Below, piece after piece: positions 1-10,009 of a stretch of DNA of 32,000 nt. The stretch is from NCBI RefSeq assembly GCF_014280175.1, contig NZ_CP047931.1:1110001-1142000 (forward strand). The letters run 5' to 3'. A model generated the notes under the pieces. It did not search any database. It was not told where the DNA came from and saw only the letters and a list, made by a program, of their open reading frames with translations. Numbering within the stretch: position 1 is the stretch's first letter; the number at the start of each line of letters is the position of its first letter. The DNA is from Synechococcus sp. A15-28 (GTDB lineage: Bacteria > Cyanobacteriota > Cyanobacteriia > PCC-6307 > Cyanobiaceae). The position numbers were made by a program, and so were the translations under genes.

Positions 1-376
1 GAGCGTGTTCCTTCAGCTGATCAAGACTGACCACGCTCAGTGCCCTGTCCTCTGTGGCCTCGAGACACACCAGGGGGGCCATGCCGTCGTCGTAGGCCTG
101 CTTCCAACGCGGCGCGCACACACACCAACGGTCACCAGGCTTCAGCCCAGGGAACTGGAAGGCCGGTACCGGGGTGGAGAGGTCGTTCCCCTGCGCTTTG
201 CTGTAGCGAAGAAAGGCTTCGGTCATGACACAGCAGATGCTGTGCTGGCCGAGATCGCTTGGATCGGTCTGACAGGTGCCGTCGCGGTACCAGCCGGTCA
301 TTGGTGAGCATCCGCACACCAGCAGCGGCTTCCCGAGAACGTTGAGCGGGGCTGAACGGGCTGATGTGCTGGTCAT
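1..376 (-). CDS. DUF2237 family protein (3' end runs off the left window edge)
   Basis: Hand translation of the minus strand from ATG at 376-374 gives MTSTSARSAPLNVLGKPLLVCGCSPMTGWYRDGTCQTDPSDLGQHSICCVMTEAFLRYSKAQGNDLSTPVPAFQFPGLKPGDRWCVCAPRWKQAYDDGMAPLVCLEATEDRALSVVSLDQLKEHA. The frame is open to position 1, with an in-frame stop upstream at 430-428. It fits the DUF2237 pattern as I remember it (NVLG.PL..C...P.TG.YRDG.C; GNDLSTP.P.F.FPGL.PGD.WC.CA.RW). It is absent from the ORF track because no stop codon lies inside the window. Confidence 0.8.
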   Translation of the reverse strand, partial: MTSTSARSAPLNVLGKPLLVCGCSPMTGWYRDGTCQTDPSDLGQHSICCVMTEAFLRYSKAQGNDLSTPVPAFQFPGLKPGDRWCVCAPRWKQAYDDGMAPLVCLEATEDRALSVVSLDQLKEHA

Positions 377-487
377 CCTGACGGAGATCACACGGGGAGT
401 CTGCCGAAGGAGTGGCACATTTTGACGTCAGACAGTTGACGAACCCCTGGGGGAACGCGGTAAAGGTCATTCAGTTATGTCCACTCG

Positions 488-718
488 ATGGATTGGGAGT
501 TCACTGAAGACGCTGCGTTCCTGGCGCTCTGCGATGCCTTTCGCGAGAGTGGTGAAAGCTCAGCCATTGAGTTCCTGGCCAACGGTGAAGGGGCCTTCCA
601 CTTCCAGGACCTCGCCCAGAACGCTGCCGGTGAAGGCATCGACCTCAGTGAGTCGAATGCCCTTGATGAGTTTCAGCAGAACGTGATCGACACGATGGAG
701 AAGCTCTGTCAGGAGTGA
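488..718 (+). CDS. small acidic hypothetical protein (76 aa)
   Basis: ATG start at 488. Codon usage (G/C-ending codons) is like the neighbouring genes. No competing long ORF explains the interval. No family recognised. Confidence 0.6.
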   Translation: MDWEFTEDAAFLALCDAFRESGESSAIEFLANGEGAFHFQDLAQNAAGEGIDLSESNALDEFQQNVIDTMEKLCQE

Positions 719-728
719 ACCTGACAGA
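705..728. other. perfect 9-bp stem / 6-nt loop hairpin between convergent genes (possible bidirectional terminator or stability element, no U-tract)
   Basis: TCTGTCAGG (705-713), loop AGTGAA (714-719), CCTGACAGA (720-728). Every position pairs. The TGA stop of the 488..718 ORF (716-718) lies in the loop. No T-run follows on either strand, so an intrinsic-terminator call is weak. Confidence 0.25.
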
Positions 729-751
729 ACCTGGTCGGCTGGATACGACGT

Positions 752-1024
752 TCAGCCGAAGTAGAAGGCGATTTCCTTGTCCTTCAGACCGTCCCAACCT
801 GCATCGAGGAGCCGTTGGTTCAGGCTTGCTTGGTCGAAGTGCTTTGCGCCGGTCTTGACCACGCGGTTGCGCATGGACTTGAGCACACCGCTCCTGGCGC
901 GCTGGCTCTCCAGGTCCATCACCTCGTTGTAGAGCTCGAGCATTGCCACTGGAATCGGTGATCCATCGAGATCAACGCCTGCCTTGATGGCGGCATCCAC
1001 GCCATCGGGTCCGGCAATCGCCAT
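752..1024 (-). CDS. conserved hypothetical protein (90 aa), 26 nt downstream of metH
   Basis: ATG at 1024-1022. Coding-like codon usage and same strand as metH, with only 26 nt between the metH stop and this start. Family not recognised. Confidence 0.7.
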   Translation of the reverse strand: MAIAGPDGVDAAIKAGVDLDGSPIPVAMLELYNEVMDLESQRARSGVLKSMRNRVVKTGAKHFDQASLNQRLLDAGWDGLKDKEIAFYFG

Positions 1025-1050
1025 GGTCAGCTGAAAAAAGACGCCTCAGG

Positions 1051-4000
1051 CTATGCGCTGAAGTAGCGAGCCTTGCTGTGAAGCGCCACCAGTGCTGTGG
1101 TGCTCTGCTCAGGGGAGAGCTGATCGCTGGCGTCCATGGAGAGGCCGATGCGGTCGGCACCGAGCCAGGCCAATTGCTGACGCGAATCAGCCACGTTGGG
1201 GCAGGCGGGGTAACCGAAGGAGTAGCGACTGCCGCGGTAGCGCTGAGCCAGGACATCCCGCAGCGGCATGCCATCTGGATCAGCAAAGCCCAGCTCCCGT
1301 CGAATGCGGGCGTGGACCCATTCCGCCATCGCTTCGGCCATCTGAACCGCCAGTCCGTGGAAGTAGAGGTAATCGCTGTACTGATCGCCTTTGAACAGCT
1401 CCTGAGCCACTTCACTGGCCTTGACGCCCATGGTCACCGCCTGCATCGGCAGCACGTCCGTGGGGCGTCCGTCAGCGGTCATGTCCTGGAAGAAATCCGC
1501 AATGCAATAGCGGTTACCGGAGCGCTGACGAGGGAGGTCAAAACGGCCGAGCTCATGCTCGCCATTGGCGTCAAAAACCCTCAGGGCATTGCCGTCGCGG
1601 CCGACAGGGAAATAGCCGTAAGCCGCCCGGGGTGTGAGCAATGACTCATTCAGACAGCGCTCCATCCACTGCTGCAGGACAGGCTCAGCCTTGTCCGCCA
1701 GCATCGCCTCGTAATCCTCCCGAGACTGCTGCTGGGTCTTGCGCAGTTGCCACTGACCCGCAAACAGAGCGTTGCGATCCAGGTAGCTGAAGACCTCTTC
1801 AATGTCGACGTCAGCTTCTGTGATGACGACAGAACCCTGGAACGGGGCCTTGGGTGCCAGCTCTGCCGGCACAGCTTCGGATCGCTCCGTGGTGACCGGC
1901 AACTGAGGAGTTGCGGCCTCCTTCGGGGTCTTCGCAGCAGACGCGGAGCTCTCCGCCGATGCCGACTCACTCTCCTCATCAAGGCCGACTCCGCTGGGGG
2001 CATCGGCCAGGAATCCGTCGATGTTGCTCCAGTTGTCGTTGCCCTTGGCATCCATCAGGGCATCCATGAACCGGAGGTCAGCGAAGGCATCACGGCCATA
2101 GATGACTTTGCCGTTGTAGACCTCGCGGCAGTCCTTCTGCACAAAGCGTGGCGTCAGGGCAGCACCACCCAAGATGACGGGTACCTCGATCCCGGATTCA
2201 TTGAAGGCCTTGAGGTTGTCCTTCATGAAAGCCGTGGATTTCACCAGCAGACCACTCATGGCGATGCAGTCAGCCTTGTGCTCGTGCTGGGCTTCCACGA
2301 TCGCCTCACAGCTTTGTTTGATGCCGAGATTGACCACCTCGTAGCCGTTGTTGGTGAGAATGATGTCGACAAGGTTCTTGCCGATGTCGTGGACATCGCC
2401 CTTCACGGTGGCGATCATGAATTTGCCCTTGCTCGTGCTCTCACCCTCCGCCGTCTCCATGTGAGGTTCCAGGAAGGCCACGGCGGATTTCATCGTCTCG
2501 GCGCTTTGCAGCACGAAGGGGAGCTGCATCTGGCCGCTGCCGAACAGCTCGCCCACCACCTTCATGCCGTCCAGCAGGAAGGTGTTGATGATCTGTAGAG
2601 GGGGGTAAGCCTGCAGCGCTTCGTCCAGGGAGGGCTCAAGGCCAATGCGCTCCCCGTCGATGATGTGTTGCTTGAGCCGCTCCTCGATCGGCAGGTCGGC
2701 GAGGGAGGGGCCTGACGCCCGGGCTTCCTTGGCGCTGACCCCTTCGAACAGCTTTGTGAGTTCAGTGAGCGGGTCGTAAACGCAGATTCCATCGTCGAAG
2801 CGACGGTTGTCGTTGATCAGATCACGGCACACCGTCTGGTGCTCTTCGCTGATCTTGATCAGCGGAAGAATCTTGGCCGGGCTGACGATGGCAGCATCCA
2901 TGCCCGCTTCACAGCAGTCGTGGAGGAAGACGGAATTGAGCGTGATCCGGGCTGCCGGGGAGAGGCCGAAGCTGACGTTGCTGACCCCCAGAACGACATG
3001 AACCCCCGGGAGGTTCTCTCGAATCATGCGAATGGAGTCCACCGTGGCCTTGCCATTGAGCCGGTCCTCCTCGATGCCGGTGGAGATGGGCAGGGCGAGG
3101 GGGTCGTAGAAGATCTCATGGGCTGGAATTCCGAACTCAAGCGCGTCCCGGTAGGCCCGCTGCGCGATGGCGAACTTCTTCTCCGCCGTCCGGGCCATGC
3201 CGTCTTCATCGATGGTTCCGACCACCACACCAGCCCCGTAACGACGGGCTAGCTCGAGCACCTTGAAGAAACGCTCGTCCCCGTCTTCGAAGTTGGTGGA
3301 GTTGAGGATGCACTTGCCGCCTGCAACCTTGAGGCCGGCCTCCATCTTTTGCCACTCCGTGGAGTCGAGCATCAGTGGCAGGTTGACATTGGTGACCAGA
3401 CGGCTCACCAGGTGATGCATGTCCTGCTCTCCGTCACGGCCGACGTAGTCGACGTTGACGTCAAGAACATGAGCGTTCTCCTTGACCTGACCACGGGCCA
3501 CGGACACCAGACCATCCCAGTCCTCTTCCGCCAGTAGTTCGCGCACCTTGAGGCTGCCACTGGCATTGAGTCGTTCCCCGATGATCAGGAACGAGTTGTC
3601 CTGTTGATATGGGGTGACGCCGTAGATCGAGGCCGCAGCTGGTTCGTAGTTGAGCGCTGGACGCACATCTTCATCAGACGCTGCTCCGTGACGGGAGCTG
3701 CGCTCCGCCGGTTTGAGCTCAGCGGCTAACTCCGCCAGCGAGCCGATATGGCTTGGGGTTGTGCCGCAGCAGCCACCGATCACCTGGACGCCAAGGTCCT
3801 CGACGAAGTGCATGAGCTGCATCTTCAGCTCAACAGGAGTGAGGCGGTAATGGGCTACGCCACCGACATTTTCGGGCAAGCCCGCATTGGGAATGCAGCT
3901 CACCGTGAAGGGGGAATGCTCGGAGAGATACCGGATGTGCTCCTTCATCTGCTCCGGCCCGGTGGCGCAGTTGAGGCCGAGGATGTCGATGGGGAACGGC

Positions 4001-4680
4001 TCGAGAATCGACACCACGGCAGCGATGTCCGTGCCGACGAGCATGGTGCCGGTGGTTTCCATGGTCACGGACACCATCAGGGCCCGTCGCTCGCCGGTGG
4101 CTTCAAAGGCCTCCTCAATGCCCTGCAGGGCTGCCTTGATCTGTAGAACGTCCTGGCAGGTCTCGACGATGAACAGATCAACATCGCCGGCAATCAGTCC
4201 TTCGGCCTGCTCGCGGAACGAAGCCCGCATCGTGTCGAAGTCGATATGCCCCAGGGTCGGCAGCTTGGTGGTGGGCCCCATGGAACCGGCAACGAAGCGA
4301 GGTTTCTCTGGGGTGCTGAATTCGTCGGCCATTTCCCGGGCCAGTTCGGCGGCCCGTTTGTTCAGTTCAAAGGCCTTGTCCTCCAGCCCGTATTCCGCCA
4401 GAACGATCGAGGCGGCGCCGAAGGTGTCTGTTTCGATCACATCGCAGCCCACCTCGAGGAACTGACGGTGGACCGCTTTGACCGCCTCGGGTTTGGTGAC
4501 GGCCAGATTTTCATTGCAGCCTTCCAGCTCAGGGCCACCGAAATCCTCCGCGGTGAGATCCAGACCCTGGAGGCTGGTGCCGGTGGCACCGTCAAACACC
4601 AGCACGGGCCGTTCCGGTCCATTCAGGTGGTTCAGGAAGCGTGACGTGGTGAGTTGCCGGGATGCCTGCGCCACCACCAT
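1051..4680 (-). CDS. metH: cobalamin-dependent methionine synthase
   Basis: 1209 aa with ATG start. It has an N-terminal homocysteine S-methyltransferase region (GGCCGTTP), a pterin-binding region, the cobalamin-binding DxHxxG motif (GDVHDIGKN) and a C-terminal AdoMet-activation domain. Confidence 0.97.
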   Translation of the reverse strand: MVVAQASRQLTTSRFLNHLNGPERPVLVFDGATGTSLQGLDLTAEDFGGPELEGCNENLAVTKPEAVKAVHRQFLEVGCDVIETDTFGAASIVLAEYGLEDKAFELNKRAAELAREMADEFSTPEKPRFVAGSMGPTTKLPTLGHIDFDTMRASFREQAEGLIAGDVDLFIVETCQDVLQIKAALQGIEEAFEATGERRALMVSVTMETTGTMLVGTDIAAVVSILEPFPIDILGLNCATGPEQMKEHIRYLSEHSPFTVSCIPNAGLPENVGGVAHYRLTPVELKMQLMHFVEDLGVQVIGGCCGTTPSHIGSLAELAAELKPAERSSRHGAASDEDVRPALNYEPAAASIYGVTPYQQDNSFLIIGERLNASGSLKVRELLAEEDWDGLVSVARGQVKENAHVLDVNVDYVGRDGEQDMHHLVSRLVTNVNLPLMLDSTEWQKMEAGLKVAGGKCILNSTNFEDGDERFFKVLELARRYGAGVVVGTIDEDGMARTAEKKFAIAQRAYRDALEFGIPAHEIFYDPLALPISTGIEEDRLNGKATVDSIRMIRENLPGVHVVLGVSNVSFGLSPAARITLNSVFLHDCCEAGMDAAIVSPAKILPLIKISEEHQTVCRDLINDNRRFDDGICVYDPLTELTKLFEGVSAKEARASGPSLADLPIEERLKQHIIDGERIGLEPSLDEALQAYPPLQIINTFLLDGMKVVGELFGSGQMQLPFVLQSAETMKSAVAFLEPHMETAEGESTSKGKFMIATVKGDVHDIGKNLVDIILTNNGYEVVNLGIKQSCEAIVEAQHEHKADCIAMSGLLVKSTAFMKDNLKAFNESGIEVPVILGGAALTPRFVQKDCREVYNGKVIYGRDAFADLRFMDALMDAKGNDNWSNIDGFLADAPSGVGLDEESESASAESSASAAKTPKEAATPQLPVTTERSEAVPAELAPKAPFQGSVVITEADVDIEEVFSYLDRNALFAGQWQLRKTQQQSREDYEAMLADKAEPVLQQWMERCLNESLLTPRAAYGYFPVGRDGNALRVFDANGEHELGRFDLPRQRSGNRYCIADFFQDMTADGRPTDVLPMQAVTMGVKASEVAQELFKGDQYSDYLYFHGLAVQMAEAMAEWVHARIRRELGFADPDGMPLRDVLAQRYRGSRYSFGYPACPNVADSRQQLAWLGADRIGLSMDASDQLSPEQSTTALVALHSKARYFSA

Positions 4681-4704
4681 GTTTTACGTCCTGTTATTGA
4701 CGGG

Positions 4705-4710
4705 ATTCTA
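4705..4710 (-). promoter_or_regulatory. candidate -10 hexamer TAGAAT upstream of metH
   Basis: The minus strand reads TAGAAT (plus strand attcta, 4705-4710), 24 nt upstream of the metH ATG. No convincing -35 element. This is a hexamer match only. Confidence 0.2.
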
Positions 4711-4730
4711 GGAAAAGCTCAGGGCGAACC

Positions 4731-5645
4731 TCAGCCGATTGGAATTCGGGTCACCCAGTGCTCATAGGCCGGATCGCACCCTTCGGTGATCGCCACGAGC
4801 CGCGACTTCAATGCGGTCATCACCGGTCGATCCGTGTTCAGCTGCGTCGATTCGATCTGCCGGATCGGTGTGATCTTGGCGGCTGTACCGGTGAGGAACA
4901 CCTCATTGGCAATGAACAGCTCGGTTTTGTCCACAGGCCGCTCCACCACAGGAATCTGCATGGCTTTGGCCAGTTCGATCACGCTTGCCCTGGTAATCCC
5001 CTCCAGGATGTCCTGATCCACACCAGGGGTGATCAGCTGTCCGTCGCGGACCAGAAACAGGTTCATGCCACTGGCCTCACTGATTTTTCCGCGGCTGTTC
5101 AGCAACAGTGCTTCGTCGAATCCGCTCTGGACCGCCTCCGTTTTGGCGAGGGAACTGGTGATGTAGGCCCCAGAGATCTTTCCTCGAAGGGGGAGAGAAC
5201 GGTCCTCCTGACGGGTCCAACTGCTGATGCGGCAACTGACCCCCTCCGGAGACAGGTAATCCCCGAGAGGTAGGCCGTAGATCAGGAAGTCGGTCTCAAT
5301 ATCGTGCAGACGTGGGGCGATGCCGAGATCGCTGGTGTAAACGAATGGACGCAGGTAGATGGGCTGCTGCGGCTTGTTGGCCTGCAGCATCGCCGTCAGC
5401 GCTTCAAGAATCCTAGCTTCGCTCAGATCCGTCAGCAGCAGACGCGCGCTCTGACTCAACCGCCTTGCGTGGCGATCGGCTCGAAACAGCAGCATCGATC
5501 CGTTGCCCTGCGGATCGGGGATGGCCCGCATCCCCCCGAACGCTCCGGTGCCGTAGTGCAAGGCATGGGTGGCGATGGAGATCCTGGCCTCCTCGAAGGG
5601 GACGCACTGACCCTGAAACCAGGCGTAGGGCAGGAACTGATGCAT
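4731..5645 (-). CDS. ilvE: branched-chain amino acid aminotransferase (class IV)
   Basis: 304 aa with ATG start. Length and overall sequence are typical of class IV aminotransferases (e.g. HALHYGTGAFGGMRA, ISEASGMNLFLV). Confidence 0.93.
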   Translation of the reverse strand: MHQFLPYAWFQGQCVPFEEARISIATHALHYGTGAFGGMRAIPDPQGNGSMLLFRADRHARRLSQSARLLLTDLSEARILEALTAMLQANKPQQPIYLRPFVYTSDLGIAPRLHDIETDFLIYGLPLGDYLSPEGVSCRISSWTRQEDRSLPLRGKISGAYITSSLAKTEAVQSGFDEALLLNSRGKISEASGMNLFLVRDGQLITPGVDQDILEGITRASVIELAKAMQIPVVERPVDKTELFIANEVFLTGTAAKITPIRQIESTQLNTDRPVMTALKSRLVAITEGCDPAYEHWVTRIPIG

Positions 5646-5709
5646 CGCTGGGGAAAACCCGATCGTTGAATCTTCTCACCACCGGTTGCCGCGGAAGGAG
5701 AATGGCGTA

Positions 5710-8700
5710 ATGCACCGTCTTGCCAGTTGCCCGGGCATTGATCCTCCCGAGGATGTGGTGCTCGTCGAGCAACCCCCGGCGGATGTGCTGGTTCTTTCCA
5801 GTGCCGCTACCGATCTCAGCTGCCTTGAGGCGGTGCTGCTGGCTGCTCCGGAGTGGAACAACCGGATCAGGGCTCTCCATCTCGACAATCTCAGCCATCC
5901 AGCGCAGCTGGACCATTACCTCTCCACCACTGCTGAGCAGGCCCGGTTGATCGTGGTGCGCCTGCTGGGTAGTCGCGGGCACTGGAGCTATGGGTTGGAG
6001 CAACTGCAGCGCTGGGGTGACGAACACACCGACCGGCAGCTGCTGGTGCTGGCGGGCACGGTTGATCAGCAACGCGACCTGCATGGCATTGGCTCGGTTG
6101 CTCCCGAGCTGGCGGATCGTCTAGCCGCTCTGTTGCGGGAAGGGGGCCAAACAAACATGGCCAGGCTGCTCGAGGCCATCCAGGCGCTGTTGGACGGAAC
6201 GCCACCGGAAATCGAACAGATTGAGGTGGTGCCGTTACCGGACCCCTTCCCCTGGGATTGGCAGGAAGACGTCGGTGCCACCGTTGGTGTCGTGCTCTAC
6301 AGAGCCCAGCTGCAGGCGGGTGACACCGCACTGGCTCAGCAGTTGAATCTGGCCCTGCGGAAGCGTGGCCTTCGGCCTCGTCTGATCTGGGTCAGCAGTC
6401 TCAGAGATCCAGCAGTCCAGGCCGGAGTTCTCGACCTGCTTCGCAGTCAGGGCGCCCAGGTGGTGATCACCGGCACGGCCTTTGCCTCCGTCAGCAGCGA
6501 GCAGGCCGGCCTTGGAAGCCCCCTCTGGGATCGTCTTGATCGTCCCGTGCTGCAGTTGCTGACCGCAGGAAGCAGTCGGGAGCGCTGGCAACAGTCCAGC
6601 CGTGGTCTTGAACCTCTGGATCTGTCCCTGCAGGTGGTGATGCCGGAACTGGACGCCAGAGTCACCACTCGCCCCTGTGCGTTCCGACAGCCTCGCGCAC
6701 CGATGGGGGGCCTCGCCACGGCGATCACGGCGCAGCAACCCGACCAGGACGGCATCGACTGGTTGGTGGAGCACGCCAAAGGCTGGATTGATCTCCAGGA
6801 CACTCCTCCCAGCCAGCGACGGATGGCCATGGTGCTGGCCAACTACCCGGTACGCGATGGGCGTGTGGCCAATGGGGTGGGGCTGGATACCCCGGCCAGC
6901 GTGGTCAACATCATCGATTGGCTGTCGGAAGCGGGATATCAACTGGGAGATCTCCCCAGGCCTGACCACGGTGATCAATTGATCGCTTCGTTGCTTCAGG
7001 GACGCACCAATTCAGCCGAGGGAAAGCAACGCCGCCCCCTCGATCACTTGCCGCTAGCGACCTACCAAGCCTGGTGGGACACCATTCCGATCGAAGCCAG
7101 GTCCCTGATTGCCAGCCGCTGGGGAGAACCGCAGCATGCCTGTGATCTGGATGAAGACCATGGCTTTGCCATCCATGGTTTGCGCTACGGCCGTCTTGTG
7201 GTTTTGCTGCAGCCGGACCGGGGCTATGACCCGGACCAGATCGCTGATCTGCATTCGCCGGACCTGCCTCCACCGCACCGTTACCTGGCCCAGTACCTCT
7301 GGCTGCGAGAGGTTCACGGGAGTCAGGTGATGGTCCATGTGGGCAAGCACGGCAGTGCCGAGTGGTTGCCGGGCAAAGGCGTGGGTCTCAGTGCTGCTTG
7401 CGGCCCCCATCTGGCCCTGGGGGCGCTGCCGCATCTTTACCCGTTCATCGTCAATGACCCCGGGGAAGGGTCCCAGGCCAAACGCCGGGGGCATGCGGTG
7501 GTGCTGGATCACCTCACCCCACCCTTGGGTCGTGCCGGCCTGCATGGCGACCTTCAGCGGCTTGAGTGTCTGCTGGATGAACTGGTGGAGGCCCGTCAGC
7601 TCGGCGGTGAGCGCACTGCGGTGCTGGAATCCAAGGTGCTGAAGACCCTTCAGGATCTGGACTGGCCAGGGGTTCCCAGTCGACAGGAGCTGAAGCGGAA
7701 CCCAGAGCTGGTGAACAGTTGTCTTGACCAAGCGGAGACCTATCTCTGCGAACTGAAGGAATCCCAGATCCGTACCGGTCTGCATCGCTACGGCCAGTGC
7801 CCGGACGACGGCGCCATGACAGAGCTGCTGATGGCCCTGGCCCGTCCTCCGCTGCAGGGGCAGCCTGGTCTGACGCAGCTGCTGGCCAGGGAAGCTGGCT
7901 TGACGTTCGACCCCTGGACCCAGGAGGACGGTGAACTCCTCACGTCTGGTGATCAGGTGCGGTTAGGCGCCCTGGGGTGTCAGCGCTGCCGTCGCGTGGG
8001 TGATGGCTGCGCATGGCTTGAACAGCAGGCCCTGCTGTTGATCAGACAGCTTCTGCTCCACGAACACGCAGACGATCTGGTCACGCCGTTTCAGGAGCTA
8101 ATTCAGAGATCAGACGTGTTGAACAAGCGTTGTCAGGAGCTGTGGCAGCGGCTGAAGGATTGTGGAAACGCCGAGCGTGAAGGCCTGCTGCGGGGGCTGG
8201 ACGGTCGTCGCATCACCGCTGGCCCATCGGGTGCCCCAAGCCGTGGCCGACCGGATGTGTTGCCCACCGGTCGCAACTTCTATTCCGTTGATCTCCGCGG
8301 ACTGCCGACGGAGGCGGCCTGGGACCTCGGCCGACGCTCCGCCGAACGGCTGCTGGACCTCCATCTTCAGGAGGAAGGGGAACCCCTGCGGCATCTGGCC
8401 TTATCGGTGTGGGGAACCGCCACGATGCGCAACGGTGGTGAGGACATCGCTCAGCTGCTGGCACTGATCGGCGTTCGCCCCGTCTGGGACGGCCCAACCC
8501 GGCGCCTGGTGGATCTGGAGGTGATCCCGGCGGAACTGCTTGGACGACCTCGGGTGGATGTGGTGTTGCGCATCTCCGGCTTGTTCCGGGATGCCTTCCC
8601 GCAGCTGGTGAACTGGGTGGATCAGGCCCAGCGCATGGTGGCGATGCTGGAGGAGCCGGAGGAGTTCAATCCCCTCGCTGACCTCACCCGTCGCGATGGT

Positions 8701-9438
8701 CCCCAGGGACGCATCTATGGATCTGCCCCTGGGGCCTATGGCGCAGGATTGCAGGCGCTGATCGACAGCGGCTCCTGGGAGTCGCGCCAGGATCTGGGGG
8801 AGGCGTTCCTCTGCTGGAGCCAATGGCGCTACGACGGATCAGCAGAAGCTGTCCAGGATCGCTCCGGCCTGGAGCAGGCCTTGTCCTCCGTTCAGGTTGT
8901 CCTGCACAACCAGGACAACCGGGAACATGACCTGCTGGATTCCGATGATTACTACCAGTTTCACGGTGGACTCAGTGCCGCAGCCGAACTGGTCTCCGGA
9001 GAACGCCCCCAGCTGTGGTTCGGCGACCACTCACGCCGCGAGCGTCCACGGCTGCACCGGCTGGAAAAGGAGCTGGACAAGGTGATGCGCAGCCGGATGC
9101 TCAACCCCCGCTGGATCGAGGGGATGCAGCAGCACGGCTACAAGGGCGCCTTCGAGATGGGAGCCAGCCTGGACTATTTATTCGCCTACGACGCCGCCAC
9201 CGATCGGGTGCCGGACTGGTGCTACGGAGCCGTCTGCGACAGCTGGCTTGCTGATCCGGTCAACCAGACCTTCCTGAACGACCGCAACCCGTGGGTGCTG
9301 CGTGACATGGCGGAAAGGCTGCTCGAGGCGTCCAATCGAGGGCTATGGACCGGAGCCAGCCAGGATCAATTGAATCTGCTGAAAGACCTGGTCAGCAGCA
9401 GCGAAGCCCGAATCGAGCGCGGTGATCTCACTTGTTGA
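5710..9438 (+). CDS. cobN: cobaltochelatase subunit CobN
   Basis: The track ORF opens at TTG 5686. I prefer the in-frame ATG at 5710 (MHRLASCPG...), which is preceded by GGAAGGAG at 5693-5700 and gives 1242 aa. CobN/ChlH family signature HVGKHGSAEWLPGK. Length and N-terminus favour CobN over ChlH. Confidence 0.9.
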   Translation: MHRLASCPGIDPPEDVVLVEQPPADVLVLSSAATDLSCLEAVLLAAPEWNNRIRALHLDNLSHPAQLDHYLSTTAEQARLIVVRLLGSRGHWSYGLEQLQRWGDEHTDRQLLVLAGTVDQQRDLHGIGSVAPELADRLAALLREGGQTNMARLLEAIQALLDGTPPEIEQIEVVPLPDPFPWDWQEDVGATVGVVLYRAQLQAGDTALAQQLNLALRKRGLRPRLIWVSSLRDPAVQAGVLDLLRSQGAQVVITGTAFASVSSEQAGLGSPLWDRLDRPVLQLLTAGSSRERWQQSSRGLEPLDLSLQVVMPELDARVTTRPCAFRQPRAPMGGLATAITAQQPDQDGIDWLVEHAKGWIDLQDTPPSQRRMAMVLANYPVRDGRVANGVGLDTPASVVNIIDWLSEAGYQLGDLPRPDHGDQLIASLLQGRTNSAEGKQRRPLDHLPLATYQAWWDTIPIEARSLIASRWGEPQHACDLDEDHGFAIHGLRYGRLVVLLQPDRGYDPDQIADLHSPDLPPPHRYLAQYLWLREVHGSQVMVHVGKHGSAEWLPGKGVGLSAACGPHLALGALPHLYPFIVNDPGEGSQAKRRGHAVVLDHLTPPLGRAGLHGDLQRLECLLDELVEARQLGGERTAVLESKVLKTLQDLDWPGVPSRQELKRNPELVNSCLDQAETYLCELKESQIRTGLHRYGQCPDDGAMTELLMALARPPLQGQPGLTQLLAREAGLTFDPWTQEDGELLTSGDQVRLGALGCQRCRRVGDGCAWLEQQALLLIRQLLLHEHADDLVTPFQELIQRSDVLNKRCQELWQRLKDCGNAEREGLLRGLDGRRITAGPSGAPSRGRPDVLPTGRNFYSVDLRGLPTEAAWDLGRRSAERLLDLHLQEEGEPLRHLALSVWGTATMRNGGEDIAQLLALIGVRPVWDGPTRRLVDLEVIPAELLGRPRVDVVLRISGLFRDAFPQLVNWVDQAQRMVAMLEEPEEFNPLADLTRRDGPQGRIYGSAPGAYGAGLQALIDSGSWESRQDLGEAFLCWSQWRYDGSAEAVQDRSGLEQALSSVQVVLHNQDNREHDLLDSDDYYQFHGGLSAAAELVSGERPQLWFGDHSRRERPRLHRLEKELDKVMRSRMLNPRWIEGMQQHGYKGAFEMGASLDYLFAYDAATDRVPDWCYGAVCDSWLADPVNQTFLNDRNPWVLRDMAERLLEASNRGLWTGASQDQLNLLKDLVSSSEARIERGDLTC

Positions 9439-9982
9439 GGTCCCGCACCATCTGGCGGAAAGGATCGATGGAACCAGGCTTGGAGGAGGGTGCGGCCTGG
9501 CCGGCCTTGGCTTGAGGAGCCTCCTCTTCTTTGAGGATCTCCTTACGGGCAACGGGTGCTGCATTCGCAGCTGCCGGGGTGTTCACGGAGTTGACGGCCG
9601 TGCCACGCAACCGCTTGTTCATCTCTTCAGTGGTGACCTGTTCGGCGAAGGTCTTCTTCACGGGCTTGGGGATCCCTGCCGTCAGATCGATCGACTCCTC
9701 CTTCTTCGCCCTGTCGCCAAGGCCCTCACTCCGCTTGTCAACGGATTCGGTTTCCGCCGCCACCGTCATGATCTGTTCCTTCGTGCCAGGGCTGTCGACG
9801 GTGCCTGGAAAGGTGCGTCGAATCGTCTTCGACTCGCGCATGTAATTGACATCCCCCAGGGATGAGGAGGAATCAGAATCAAGGAAGAATTCAGCCGGTT
9901 TCGCCTTGGCTGGCTTGCGTGGCTTGATCGTTTTGTCGGAATCCTGCGAATCCTTATTCAGCAGACGATCAAAGAAGCCCAT
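9428..9982 (-). CDS. low-complexity, probably disordered K/E/S/T/A/P-rich protein (184 aa)
   Basis: ATG at 9982-9980. Codon usage is coding-like throughout, with no hydrophobic segment. The 3' end overlaps the cobN 3' end by 11 nt (convergent). Confidence 0.65.
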   Translation of the reverse strand: MGFFDRLLNKDSQDSDKTIKPRKPAKAKPAEFFLDSDSSSSLGDVNYMRESKTIRRTFPGTVDSPGTKEQIMTVAAETESVDKRSEGLGDRAKKEESIDLTAGIPKPVKKTFAEQVTTEEMNKRLRGTAVNSVNTPAAANAAPVARKEILKEEEAPQAKAGQAAPSSKPGSIDPFRQMVRDLNK

Positions 9983-10009
9983 GTCGACCGGAACTGAGAT
10001 GGGATGAAC

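Noticed and set aside
5-470. Track ORFs 5..307 (+), 40..228 (+) and 132..470 (-) at the left edge
   Set aside because: A different minus-strand frame gives an uninterrupted DUF2237-like protein from ATG 376 to the window edge, with strong family-like motifs. The listed ORFs are Arg/Pro/Gly-rich off-frame products typical of GC-rich DNA.
1025-1050. T6 run downstream of metH as an intrinsic terminator
   Set aside because: The preceding sequence forms at best a 4-bp stem including a G-U pair, with a 10-nt loop. The next gene starts 26 nt after the metH stop, so read-through is more likely.
4681-5709. Possible cobalamin riboswitch upstream of metH or cobN
   Set aside because: The available non-coding stretches are only about 50 nt (metH) and about 64 nt (cobN/ilvE divergent spacer). 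That is far too short for a B12 riboswitch, and no B12-box-like sequence was seen.
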